Assembly (NCBI GenBank): GCA_951406725.2
Contig: OX597827.1
Span: forward strand, 26,536,001 to 26,600,000
Length of the DNA: 64,000 nt
DNA from: Octopus vulgaris
Lineage: Eukaryota
Direction of reading: 5' to 3'
Of this stretch, positions 11,860 to 23,322 are shown piece by piece. Each line of letters starts with the position of its first letter. Position 1 is the first letter of the stretch. The notes beneath the pieces were generated by a model that was not told the DNA's origin, made no database searches, and was given only the letters and a program-made list of their open reading frames with translations. The position numbers and the translations under genes were made by a program.

Positions 11860-12450
11860 TTGCTTCCTTTGAGACGTTCCCATGTGCTCAGATCACAATA
11901 GCTATCACACACATCTCTTAAGCTCTGCGGTTGCGTTTCACTTTGAGAGCTAGGTCTTGGCACTTTTCAAATTTCCCGTTCTTTCTCTTTTTACGATATT
12001 CTTATCTAAAGGTATGGCTTCGTCGATAAAGGTCCATTCTTCAAAATCTTTTGTTGAGGGGTGATACCTGGCTGGTTATATTGCAGTTCCTTAACCGTGT
12101 ACATTGGTATATCCATGTAAGTTACATCTGATCACTCTGTGCTATTGGTAAAAGTTGGTGCTCATATAACTTGCTGGAACATTCTAGCCCGAACTTCTTG
12201 CTCAATTCCCAGTGCAATGCCAATGCTACTTTGTCTTGGCGTTTTTGTACTAATTTGGGTCCGGTTTTCAGCATCCAATAATTCTAACTGTTTCGGGATT
12301 TTTCATAGAATGTGCACAAAATTGACACTGCTGTTTTATCAATGCTACACTTGATTGAATTGGTTAATAAAACTTGTTCTTGAGCAGCAAACATCAATCT
12401 TTCTTCAAATATCCATGTCTTAACTACTTTCGATATTCTTCATTTCTGAA
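11860..12450 (-). mobile_element. Decayed R4/Dong-like LINE fragment (CCHC to RLE region)
   Basis: Broken translation LRHGYLKK..MFAAQEQVLLTNSIK..RQDKVALALHWELSKKFG..FIDEAIPLDKNIV..QDLALKVKR..VIAIVI parallels the R4-type ORFs at 16.2-16.8 kb and 36.0-36.7 kb. Confidence 0.7.
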
Positions 12451-12546
12451 GCGTGGGTAAAGAGTAGACAGAAGTGGAGAAACACTTCTAGATGATGAGC
12501 GCGTAAAAGAAGCTTTGCACTGTAAGTGTGGTACGGGAGTTAAGGA

Positions 12547-12898
12547 ATCATCATCATCATTGTTCGACCGTGGTCGAGACAATGGAATTTACCATGCTAC
12601 GCCAGACTTCATGATCCATCATAGCATTACGGAGGTCCTGTTGCCTGATGCCTGTATCTCTGGAGATTACATCAGGGTAGGAGAGTGTACGCCCTCTGGT
12701 ATTGCGAGTAGATGGCTTCCAGAGGAGAAGAGTAGAAATTGCCTCGTTTTCAGCTCTACAACAATATCCAGCAAACTGGACTCTCCTACCTTTCACAAGA
12801 GATGATACAGGTGGTAGTTTCCCATATATTTGCATTTTGCTTGGATGACGCTTCCACGAGAGATTTTGAGCTCTCATAAGGAGGCGAATGTAGGTTCC
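12547..12898 (-). mobile_element. 5'-truncated RTE-type LINE 3' end with a (TGA)n tail
   Basis: ORF GTYIRLLMRAQNLSWKRHP..RRVQFAGYC..LLLWKP..RGR..YPDVISRDTG..AMMDHEVWR. Flanked by the 9-bp TSD agttaagga (12538-12546 and 12899-12907). Confidence 0.8.
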
Positions 12899-13016
12899 AG
12901 TTAAGGAGTAGACAGAGGAGCAACTGGTCAGTATCGAAAGCAAAACTACAAGTAACGTAACAAAGCTGTAATTGTCTAGGAAGAAAGGTTGAAATAGAGA
13001 ATTGGCTGGAAAAGAG

Positions 13017-13109
13017 CAGCGGTTCCCAAACTTTTCACAACCAAGGACCTCTTATATTTTAACGAGTTTTCCCACGGACCCCTTTTGTTATGCCTATCCT
13101 TATGTGTAT

Positions 13110-13180
<71 letters not shown>

Positions 13181-13991
13181 GATAGATAGATAGATAGATG
13201 GATGGATAGACAGACAAACAGGCAAATAGATACACAGACAGAGAGGGAGGGAGGGAGATAGTTAGTTAGATAGACAGACAGACAGGTTGGTAGATAGATA
13301 GGTAGTTAGATAGATAAGTTTCTTTATTGGCCACACAAAGCTGCACACAGGTGGGACAAATTACAAGGTAGAGCTTTTCTTTTGGGGGATGAAAAAAACA
13401 AAAAACAAAAGAAACAAAAAAAGGGGGTGGCGTAGGTTTTCGATCAAGAGGGATCGTAAAAGGGAAGAAAAGAACAAAAAAAATAAAATAAAAAATAAAA
13501 AAATAAAAATAAAAAAAGAAGAAAAGGAAAAGGAACAAAAGAAAAGAGAAATGAAAAAAGAAGAACAAAGGGGAAAAAGGGGCAGAGGAAAATAACGATC
13601 AATAGGGATCGTGTATCACAGTGTTATGATATATGGTGTAAAGGGGAAAGCAAGTAAGGTTTATCCGTGGGAAGAAAAGCCTACGAAAAAGGACCACGGT
13701 AACATTGGTCAATATTGTTATATGTTACCACATTTGTTTGCAAGTGGGTAACCCTCTGTTTTCAATTTCTGGGTTCATAGGATTATGCTCAAGGTGGCTT
13801 CGTCATTCATACGTGCCATCCTTGCTACATGCACCCATCTTTTTTTAAAACATTCGCTAGACAAAACTTGCCTCTCTACTCTCACTTTCCTTTTCAAGTG
13901 GTACTTGAAGAAGTTGAATAGAGATTGACCAGAGAGGAAAGTGTTTGTCTCCAATCCTTTCAGACGCGTCCACCAGATACATTCTTTCGCC

Positions 13992-14083
<92 letters not shown>

Positions 14084-14136
14084 TACTAACTTTGCGGACC
14101 ACCAGGGGTTCGTGGACCGCAGATTGAGAACCACTG
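13017..14136. mobile_element. hAT (Charlie-like) MITE containing (GATA)n and a nested Tx1 fragment
   Basis: TIRs cagcggttcccaaac and gattgagaaccactg; degenerate 8-bp flanks gaaaagag and aaatacag. Confidence 0.7.
13317..13993 (-). mobile_element. 5'-truncated Tx1/L1-type LINE 3' end embedded in (GATA)n
   Basis: C-terminal ORF AKECIWWTRLKG..LFNFFKYHLKRKVRVERQVLSSECFKKRW, then a 3' UTR with AATAAA followed by (TATC)n. The 5' junction is also directly in (TATC)n. Confidence 0.65.
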
Positions 14137-14552
14137 AAATACAGGATAATGTTTTGAACTAAACCAAGTCACTCCATTCCTGCCATTGAGATAGCGATGA
14201 AAGAACGTTGCATGTTCCAGTGAATGAGAAGACGATGTGTGACAATGGTGAGACCCTCCAGGAGTACAAAATGAGGACTCTCAAAGAAAAGGGTCATCAA
14301 ATGGTAAGAGAACGTCCTGCACGGAAAATTTTGCCAACAAATAATAACAATAAAAACTACTCAATTAGGGACAGCTAGGATTTTGAGATTGGTGATTGGG
14401 TGTTGAGTATCTCCCACGACATTGAATACCCCTGTAATAAGTTTTATAATTTGCAGAAAGAAATCATGTGTGATCTCTGACAACAGGTTGCTGCCCGCTC
14501 TCAAAGAATCAACCAGAACAAGTAAGACTGAAAGCGCTGAGAAGTAAAATAT

Positions 14553-14663
<111 letters not shown>

Positions 14664-16877
14664 AAGAGGTTATCCACTCCACAGAAGACAGTGTCAGAAA
14701 TATGACTAAAAAGATAAGCAACTGGAAAGCAGAAGAACCTGATAGTGTACAGGGATTTGGGATGAAAAAGTTCAGTAGTTGATCGCTGAACAATTTCATG
14801 CATTGATCAAAGGAGAAGAAGAAATCCGGGGTGGTTGACAAAAGGACGAACGGTGTTGTGTTTGAAGGATGCATCGAAGGGTAATGCTCCTGACAATTAT
14901 AGACCAATTCCATGCTTCCCATTAATGTGGAAGTTATAGTCAGGAGGAATTGCGGAAGAACTGTATAAATTTCTTGGTGAGGACGATGTATTACCGCCCG
15001 AACGAAAAGGCTGTAGAGGGAGATGCAGAGGTACCAAAGATCAACAAATGATAGATAGAATGGTACAGCAAGATTGTAAAAGAAGGAGAACAATCCTGGG
15101 AATGGCCTGGATTGACAATCGCAAAGCTTATGATATGATTCCACATTCGTGAATAATCGATTGCTTTGATCTGTTTAGAATTGAGTGGAATGTAACGGGT
15201 TTCCCGAAGAGATGTATGGTGGGATAGAAAACTGAACTGATATCTTACGGAAAAAGCTTGGACACCGTGGGTATCAGAAGAGGGATTTTCTTGGGTGATA
15301 GCCTATTTCCGTTGCTTTTTGTTCTCTGCTTGATACCTCTGACCTTTGTACTTAGGAAAATGAACCGGAGGTACCAACTAAAGGAAAAACTCCAAACAAT
15401 CAACCACCTCCTCTTCATGGATGATTTGAAACTGTATGGCAGTTCCTTGGTGAACACGGTCCACTATTTTAGTAATAATATTGGAATAGAATTTGGATTC
15501 AAGAAGTGCAGAATAATCTACGTAAAAAGAGACAAGGCAGAGTCCCTAGCAGGGATGGAATTACCGAATAGTGACTTGATTAAACAAATTGAAACGGAAG
15601 CATACAAATACCTCGGTGCACTAGAGTTCAATGAGATAATGGAAAAGGAAATGAAAGAGCAAATGAGGATGGAGTATTTCCGAAGACTGAGGTTAGTGTT
15701 GCGCTCAAAATTGACTGGATGGAATAAAAGCCAGGCAATTAATACATGGGCAATAGCATCGCTTCGGTATAGAGGGGGGGATTATAAAATGGCAAAAGAG
15801 AGAAATAAAGGAAATGGATACCAAGACCAGAAAATGTTGACGGTACACGGAGCTTCCCACCCTAAGAGTAACACTAATAGGCTGTACTTGTCCAGAAGAA
15901 AGTGTGGGAGAGGTTTGATCAGTTGTCAGGACTGTATCGAAGCAGAGGAAAACAGCTTAGGGTGGTATATAAAAAATGCCGTGAAGCCAGTGTTGAAGCA
16001 CACGAAGAAGGCCGACATCATCAAAACTGAAAATTGTGAAACGAAAGAAAAATTTGAACAAGAAATGAATAAAAAAATAAAGGAAGAGCATGGAAGGAAA
16101 AGAAAATGGGCGATTAGTTTGCAAGAGATGTGAACGCCAAGACAGATATAGAGGACCAGTGGCTATGGAAGATGAGGAGTGACCTGAAGACCAGCCAGAA
16201 GCACTCATATGCGCAGCTCAGTAACAAGCGTTAAGGATCAACTATATGAAGTGCAGAATAGACAACACTACCGATTGCGACAATTGCGGAATGTGTAGGG
16301 AGAGGGGTGAAATGGTATGGCACATCGTAAGCGAATGCCCGAAACTGGCACCACGCGAATACAAAAAAAACACCATGAAAATGTGGCCAGAATGATCCGT
16401 TGGGAGCTCTGCGGAAACCACGGCCAAGAAAGAGCAAGGACGTGGTATGAGGAAACTACAGAAGGAGTCACCAAAAATGAGAATTGCAAAATCATGAGGG
16501 ATACTATGATTCAGTGCGATCACCCGACAAGTAATGGGAAAACGGACATTGTTGTGTTGAATGAAAAAAAGAGAACATGTATGATAATCAACATAGCATG
16601 TTCCGGTGATAATAGGATCAATGTGAAAGAAGAATAAAAAATAAACAACTATGACGATTTGAAGTGGGAAATACGATGGTTGTGGTCAAGGAAGAAAGTA
16701 ATAGACGTGATGCCAATAGTAATTGGTGCACTTGGAAGTATCAGCACTCAACTACCAACATGGCTGGAAAAGATTGGTGCAAGTGTGAAGGTAGAATACC
16801 TCCAAAAATCAGCATTGCTTGGAACTGCAAGAATTCTTCGCAGGGTTCTTGAAGCATGACGAGTAAACAAGTTTCAC
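14664..16877 (+). mobile_element. 5'-truncated, decayed R4/Dong-like LINE, family B (RT + CCHC + RLE)
   Basis: RT motifs NYRPI, RRGIFLGDSLFPLLF, HLLFMDDLKLY, YKYLG and HPKSNTNRLY; zinc knuckle CDNCGMC..HIVSEC; end PIVIGALG..QKSALLGTARILRRVL. Many stops and frameshifts. Confidence 0.9.
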
Positions 16878-16898
16878 ATTATGATTATTATTGTTATG

Positions 16899-17090
16899 GG
16901 CACGCTGGACGAAATTCTTAGCGGTATTTCACCCGTCATTACGTTCTCAGTTCAAATTCCACCAAGGTCGACTTAACCTTTCATCCTTTCTGGTTCGATA
17001 AAATGAGTACCAGTTGAGCACTGGGGGTCGATGTAATCATCTTAATTCCTTCTCCCAAATTTGAGGCCTTGTGTTTCCACTAGAAAGGAT
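16899..17090 (+). mobile_element. SINE family A copy
   Basis: Same Nin-like core as 1094-1300. Confidence 0.75.
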
Positions 17091-18085
17091 TGTTGTTATT
17101 ATTGTTATTATTATTATTATTATTTTGTGTGGTCGTGGTGGTGGTGGTCGGGGTGTTACTGTTGTTGTTGTTATTATTTCCGACTTATGTACCAAGCTAG
17201 GAATATTGAGTGGAGAGGGACTTCGTCGATGCTAGCCATCACAGCCCTTGACTAGTACTGTATGTTTATTGATCTTGGGAAGATGAATTCGATCTCAGAG
17301 CGTAAAACTGCAAAAGAATCACTGCAAGGCATTTTCCGATTGTCCAACGATAAGAAAATATTGTGAGATTGCAACAAAATATAGCCATTGACATTTTATA
17401 ATAAACGAATGAAATCTTTATAATAAACCAATCAAATCTTACATAAACAATAGAGACAATTATTCGATTAATCTTTATTTGAGACAACTAACGTATAACA
17501 AATGTCTGCATTAGGTGGTGTTCGAAAACCACTTGTAAGCAAACTAATGAAAGACCAACAACAAACCGATTCAGTCTCCACCCACTTGAAAACGATGAAC
17601 CATAAAAATAAAATCGTAGCGTCCAAACCAATATATGAATAAAAAGAAACGCATATTTGGGATTTGATTCACAAAATATGCAGAAACTGGAGCAGGAAAA
17701 ATTTGACACTACTTAAATAAATGAGACGAGACACAAATGAAATCATGAGGTAAATAAGAGAGTTGACTTTACTTCTCCAGTATTGAAAACGAATATGTTT
17801 ATATTTCATATGTATATTTTAGAGCAGCCTTCTCACTATAAAACGAATTTTGGGCCATATATATTGGGTCATATTCGGAGTGAATGGCACAGATCTAAAT
17901 ATGGCATTGGGCTACAACGAATAATTAACTTCTCGAAGTAGTTATAAAAATTTGGATAATGTAAGAAATCGTAAAAGAACTTTTAAAACAAAGAGTATAG
18001 GATATAAAAGGAGCACTAAATAAAAGAATAACAAAAATAAAAATATTGACAATGTTTATATATGTATATATATACATATATAAAC

Positions 18086-18117
<32 letters not shown>

Positions 18118-18190
18118 GTGTATATATATATTTATATATATGTATGTGTATACACATATATATATATATGTATATATATATGTGTGTGTG

Positions 18191-18268
<78 letters not shown>

Positions 18269-18611
18269 AAAGTAAGATAGGGGTTATGAAAGTAACCCAC
18301 TATGGGATATCAGTTATCCAATATACTGCTGGTAAAGTACCCAAATACTAAATACAAAATGCTTTTAATTGCAATGCAATTAATTCATTTATAGTATTGA
18401 ATGGGTGAAGGTGAAAAATATTTTTACCTTAAATTCATAATACAAATAAGAAAATGGAGAAACAAATTCATTTCGATCATCAACTTACGGATATTACAAT
18501 TTCACATTATATATTAATTAATTATACAAATGGGAACATCAAAATCGACCAAAACAATATACATCAATATGTAATATAATAATAAAAATAAAAATGATAC
18601 AAATAAACTGC

Positions 18612-18732
18612 TCCTTACAGCTGTTTCAGCCTATGGTAAAAAGTCAATCCAACTTAATTTGCCTATAGATGCCATTGTAGGCATTAAAAATTAGATTTGT
18701 GTGTTTAAATAACCAAAGGCCTCGTCAGAGGA
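18612..18732 (-). ncRNA. Type-I hammerhead ribozyme motif with an extended stem II/loop 2
   Basis: Minus strand: tcct-CTGACGA-ggcct-ttggt...(long loop)...accat-aggct-GAAA-cagctg-TA-agga. The core is fully canonical with a GUA cleavage triplet and a palindromic stem III (ACAGCTGT). Confidence 0.75.
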
Positions 18733-18749
18733 TATACATAACTAGAAAA

Positions 18750-18827
<78 letters not shown>

Positions 18828-19439
18828 GTATGTATGTATGTATGTATGAATGTATGTATGTATGTATGTATGTATGTATCTATCTATCTATCTATCTATC
18901 TATATATGCCCAGGTCAGAGCAATCTCAAGATTAATCAGCCGAAATTGCGAAGATGATCCGGTTCTTGACTGATGACTGAGGGCTTCGAATGTCCCGTCC
19001 TGTGGTTCTTGTGTCGTCTTCTAGGTGTTTCACCTTCTTGTCCCAGTTTGTATATATTTTTTACTTTTTACGTATATATATATATATATATATATATACG
19101 TATATAAACATTGTCTTTAAAAGATTATATTATAAAAGACATTTATATGTCAATATCTTGATAACTGTCATTCTGTGATTTTATATTACACATCTCTTTT
19201 TGAAAAAGGAAAAGAATTAGTAAAAGAGATATACTATGAGATAAAGAGAGAGAGAGAGAGAGAGAGTGTGTGTGTGTGTGTGTGTGTGTGCGAAAAAGAG
19301 AGTGGGAATGGGACAGAAAAGAGAGTAAGGGTAGATAAATCAATTGAGTGAGAACGAAATAGGTAGAGACGGCATCTCTAGAAATGATAAATATATGTGT
19401 AGGAGTGTTTATATATATGCATATATATGCGTATGTACT

Positions 19440-19478
<39 letters not shown>

Positions 19479-19589
19479 GTATGTACGTATGTATGTATAT
19501 AGCTATGTAAGTCTTGTCTTTCATCCTTTCTAGTTTCCACTATTTATGTGAGTCTCTCTCAATCTGTGTGTCTCTCTCTCCCTCTCTCC

Positions 19590-19620
<31 letters not shown>

Positions 19621-20056
19621 ACTAAATGCATATGTCTCTTGTTAACCCTCTTCTTTCTCTCTCCTTTTCTTTCTGCTTACTTTCTACATCGCTAGAATTA
19701 GTTCCCTCCTTTCTGCTGTTTTTTCTTCTTTTTTACTTTTTCTTTCACTCCTATTTCTACTCTTCCTTTTTTCCTTCCTTGCATCTTTCCTCTAAACCTC
19801 ATCATCTTTTTCTTCTCTGTCTCCCATACAAATCCATTCTCCATACTTGTTTACTAGTTTAGTTATATTTTTACTACCAACACCGAAAAATAAAAAAAGA
19901 ACAACAATAATAACTAATACAAAAAACAGGTGACTACACCAACTACAAGTTTTATTTCTATCAATTTCTTACGTACACTATTACATTTACCATCATTAAC
20001 CTTACTTCCAGTCATCTCTATTAACATTACTATGACTATTATTATTATTATTATTA

Positions 20057-20144
<88 letters not shown>

Positions 20145-20483
20145 TATCCTCGTTGTTATTATTATTGTTTTTTCTGCCATCCCAAAACTCCACGACAGTT
20201 AATTTCCTGTCTGTTAGAACTTCCGTTGTACCCATAGGCCATTAATTCTGCTAGTACTTTGATACCATTTTCAATACGCTTTCCCCCTCCTCTTCCTCCT
20301 CCTCTTTGGTTCTCTCTGCTGTTGTACTTATTTCTATTTATTTAATTTTTCTTTATTTCGTTTTTTTTTGTCTTTATTGTTCTGTTCTTGCTTCAAATAC
20401 GAAGAAATCGTCGCTCATTAAGTATTTCAATTTGACTAAAGCATCAGCGCAACGCAGTGTTTATTTTTCTTATTTATCTGCAG

Positions 20484-20518
20484 TGTGGCAAAAAGGGGAA
20501 TAACCATAAAACAAATAA
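20484..20518 (+). other. Candidate 35-nt microexon
   Basis: Preceded by a pyrimidine tract and ctgcag, followed by gtgagt. Two frames are open (VAKRGITIKQI or CGKKGNNHKTN). No transcript support is available. Confidence 0.25.
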
Positions 20519-20650
20519 GTGAGTATATGTTTAACAATGTATAAAAAAACCTCAGACTCCTGTCGTACACAGAGTTTATTTACGAATCAGTATTTTGTTT
20601 TATTAATATATGGTTCGTTTGATACAGAAGATATAAATTTAGATAACACT

Positions 20651-20673
20651 GATAGATAGATAGATAGATAGAT

Positions 20674-20725
<52 letters not shown>

Positions 20726-20726
20726 G

Positions 20727-20797
<71 letters not shown>

Positions 20798-20814
20798 GGA
20801 TGGATAGATGGATG

Positions 20815-20877
<63 letters not shown>

Positions 20878-20882
20878 GGATG

Positions 20883-20960
<78 letters not shown>
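20651..20960. repeat. Long (GATA)n/(GGAT)n microsatellite
   Basis: Read directly; source of the (SIYL)n ORFs. Confidence 0.95.
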
Positions 20961-21354
20961 CATAAAAACAGGTGGATAGATAGATGGATAGAGAAACAGA
21001 CAGATAGCGAGAGAGAGAGAGGGAGGGGGAGAGAGACTGACAGACAGATAGATAGATACATAGATAGATAAATAATACATACATACATACATATATAGAC
21101 AGACAGGTGGATATTTAGATGAATGGATAGACAGACAAACCGACAGACAGACAGATAGATAAACAGATAGATATATAGACACAGAGAATTATATATAAAT
21201 AGCATGTATACATGCATATACAATGTATGCTGTAAGTATGTATATATGTACACACAAAAACACACAAATGTGTATATATGTGTGTGTGTGTGTACATACA
21301 TACATGCATACATATACATAGATATATAACTATATATACATACTTATATGTATA

Positions 21355-21432
<78 letters not shown>

Positions 21433-21569
21433 CGGAGATGTATTTGCATAGCAAGTGATTTGATCTGAGATCGTGTGCTGGAACGAAAACAATTGCAGCG
21501 TGGAAGGTGTTTGTAAGCCATTTAAGAAACACACAAAAGCCGTTCGATTCAATCAACATTTAAGTTTAA

Positions 21570-21620
21570 TTTGTCAAAATATTTTCGTCGCTATAAGACC
21601 GCGACCTGTTCACTGACAAA
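21570..21620 (-). ncRNA. Minimal hammerhead fold with a G3-C8 swapped core (GUGAACA)
   Basis: Minus strand: tttgtca-GTGAACA-g-gtcgc-ggtcttata-gcgac-GAAA-atat-TT-tgacaaa. It has a 7-bp stem I and a 5-bp stem II. Confidence 0.65.
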
Positions 21621-21672
21621 AATCCGTGCTGACGTGCAGCATGGATTTTTGTAAGTGAACAGGTCGCGGTCT
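21596..21672. repeat. Near-perfect hairpin with 36-bp arms and a 5-nt loop
   Basis: agaccgcgacctgttcactgacaaaaatccgtgctg-acgtg-cagcatggatttttgtaagtgaacaggtcgcggtct. Confidence 0.9.
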
Positions 21673-21922
21673 GTGTATGAGTGGATCTAGAAGTTTAAAA
21701 TTGACCCGACAAGCGTGACGTAGGAAGAGAGAAGAGAACGCCAGTCAACTTCCACCACTGACAAGGAAATTCAGCAAGCTCGAAAGATGGTAATGGTGAA
21801 TCAGCATTACCATCTCTCGGATCACTGCTCTTTGTTCTTCTTTGGTGCACATTGCTACTGGAGTGGCCATGCTTACACTGTAAAACCAGAAGCGAAAATG
21901 GCACGATCAGGCTCCAACTGAT
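21673..21922. mobile_element. Rearranged mariner fragment (same family as 3521-4031) with an internal inversion
   Basis: 21673-21800 matches about 3817-3940 on the plus strand, and 21817-21922 matches about 3622-3726 on the minus strand. Confidence 0.75.
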
Positions 21923-21972
21923 ATGTATATGTATATTCATACATATACACATACATATACATATACATACAT

Positions 21973-22031
<59 letters not shown>

Positions 22032-22039
22032 CTTTTCAC

Positions 22040-22305
22040 ACTTTTTTAAGTCATTTGACAGCGACCATAGTAGTTCACCAACCTGAACGGTCTCGTCGAA
22101 CCAACATAGAGCAAACCCAAAATCATACGCGCTCGCACACACACACATACGATGAGTTTCTTTCGGTTTCCGTCTACCAAATTCACTTACAAGACATTGG
22201 TCGGCCCAGGGCCATAATAGAGTACACATGCCCAGGGCGTCATAGGGCGACTGAACCCAAGATCACATCTTTCGGGAAAATTTTTTCCATATTCTCACCG
22301 CCTAT
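22040..22305 (-). mobile_element. SINE family C copy (degenerate)
   Basis: Contains the core tttcggtttccgtctaccaaattcacttacaagacattggtcggccc. Confidence 0.65.
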
Positions 22306-22309
22306 AATC

Positions 22310-22421
<112 letters not shown>

Positions 22422-23322
22422 TGTGTGTGTGTAAATGTATATGTATGAAACTAACAGAACCGTTTCAGGTTAAGCCAGTTCTTACTCATGGTGCTCTTCT
22501 GTTCGCTCTACTTTTCGTGTTGGTAGCTGATTATGTGATCGAGAAAGTTTGCAATACATCGAAAATACGACGCTGGACGATCCAGACTCTGCGGACAATC
22601 TGATGAGGATTAGAATAGAAGAAATTCCTGTAATTTTGCGTTAGTTAATAGAAGACGGATGCGAAGTTGGCCTTGCTATTGACTGTTCCTTGTCATACAA
22701 GGAGAATATAATTTATGCCAATAGAATCCGATTGCGATATTGATGGAGAAATAGCAAAAGCTACCGAATATTTTAAGATATATATAAAATGGTCACGTGG
22801 TGTGTAGTTTGGAAGAAGAATATATAAAGAAGAGCTGGCCATTATCGTGTTAAAATTTGTATTTAAGTTGGTCTTTCAACATAGACCAAAATAAATATCT
22901 ATATATACATATTTATATATACATGCACATGCAAAACAAAAAACACACAAACACAAACCCTCATATATGTGTGTGTATGTGTGTGTATGTGTGTGTGTGT
23001 GTGTGTGTGGATGTGTGTCTGCGCGTGTGTGTGTAAATAAATATATATGAAGATATTGTTTATAATAATATTAGAAGCTTGGCATGCGAGGAAATAGCAT
23101 AACAGTAAAAAAATATCAATTAAAAATTAAGGGTACTAGCAAGCAGTGCCGGCCTGCAAAATATAGCTGACAAAATGACACAACCACAAGTTTTCACTTA
23201 AACACAATGTGAAGGCAGTCAAATGAATAAGTACCGTAAGAACCCCCATACCAATAACGAAAATTGAAAAATTCAGACATACCCGTATCACCATGATCTT
23301 GAACTTTGAGAAATACTCTTAA

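Larger units (their letters stand above)
12450..14552 (+). mobile_element. Old R4/Dong-like LINE remnant (post-RT region and 3' end), split by RTE, hAT-MITE and Tx1 insertions
   Basis: Remnant motifs GTGVKE*TEEQLVSIESKT, SNVTKL*LSRKKG and KW*ENVLHGKF, then a 3' segment ending in (AAT)n at 14553. Confidence 0.5.

Noticed and set aside
20580-21319. ORFs of up to 226 aa made of SIYL repeats
   Set aside because: They are artefacts of (GATA)n, which is stop-free on one strand.
22585-22640. CTGATGA motifs here and near 7285, 28666 and 58850
   Set aside because: None has a properly placed stem II, GAAA and stem I, so they are not called hammerheads.
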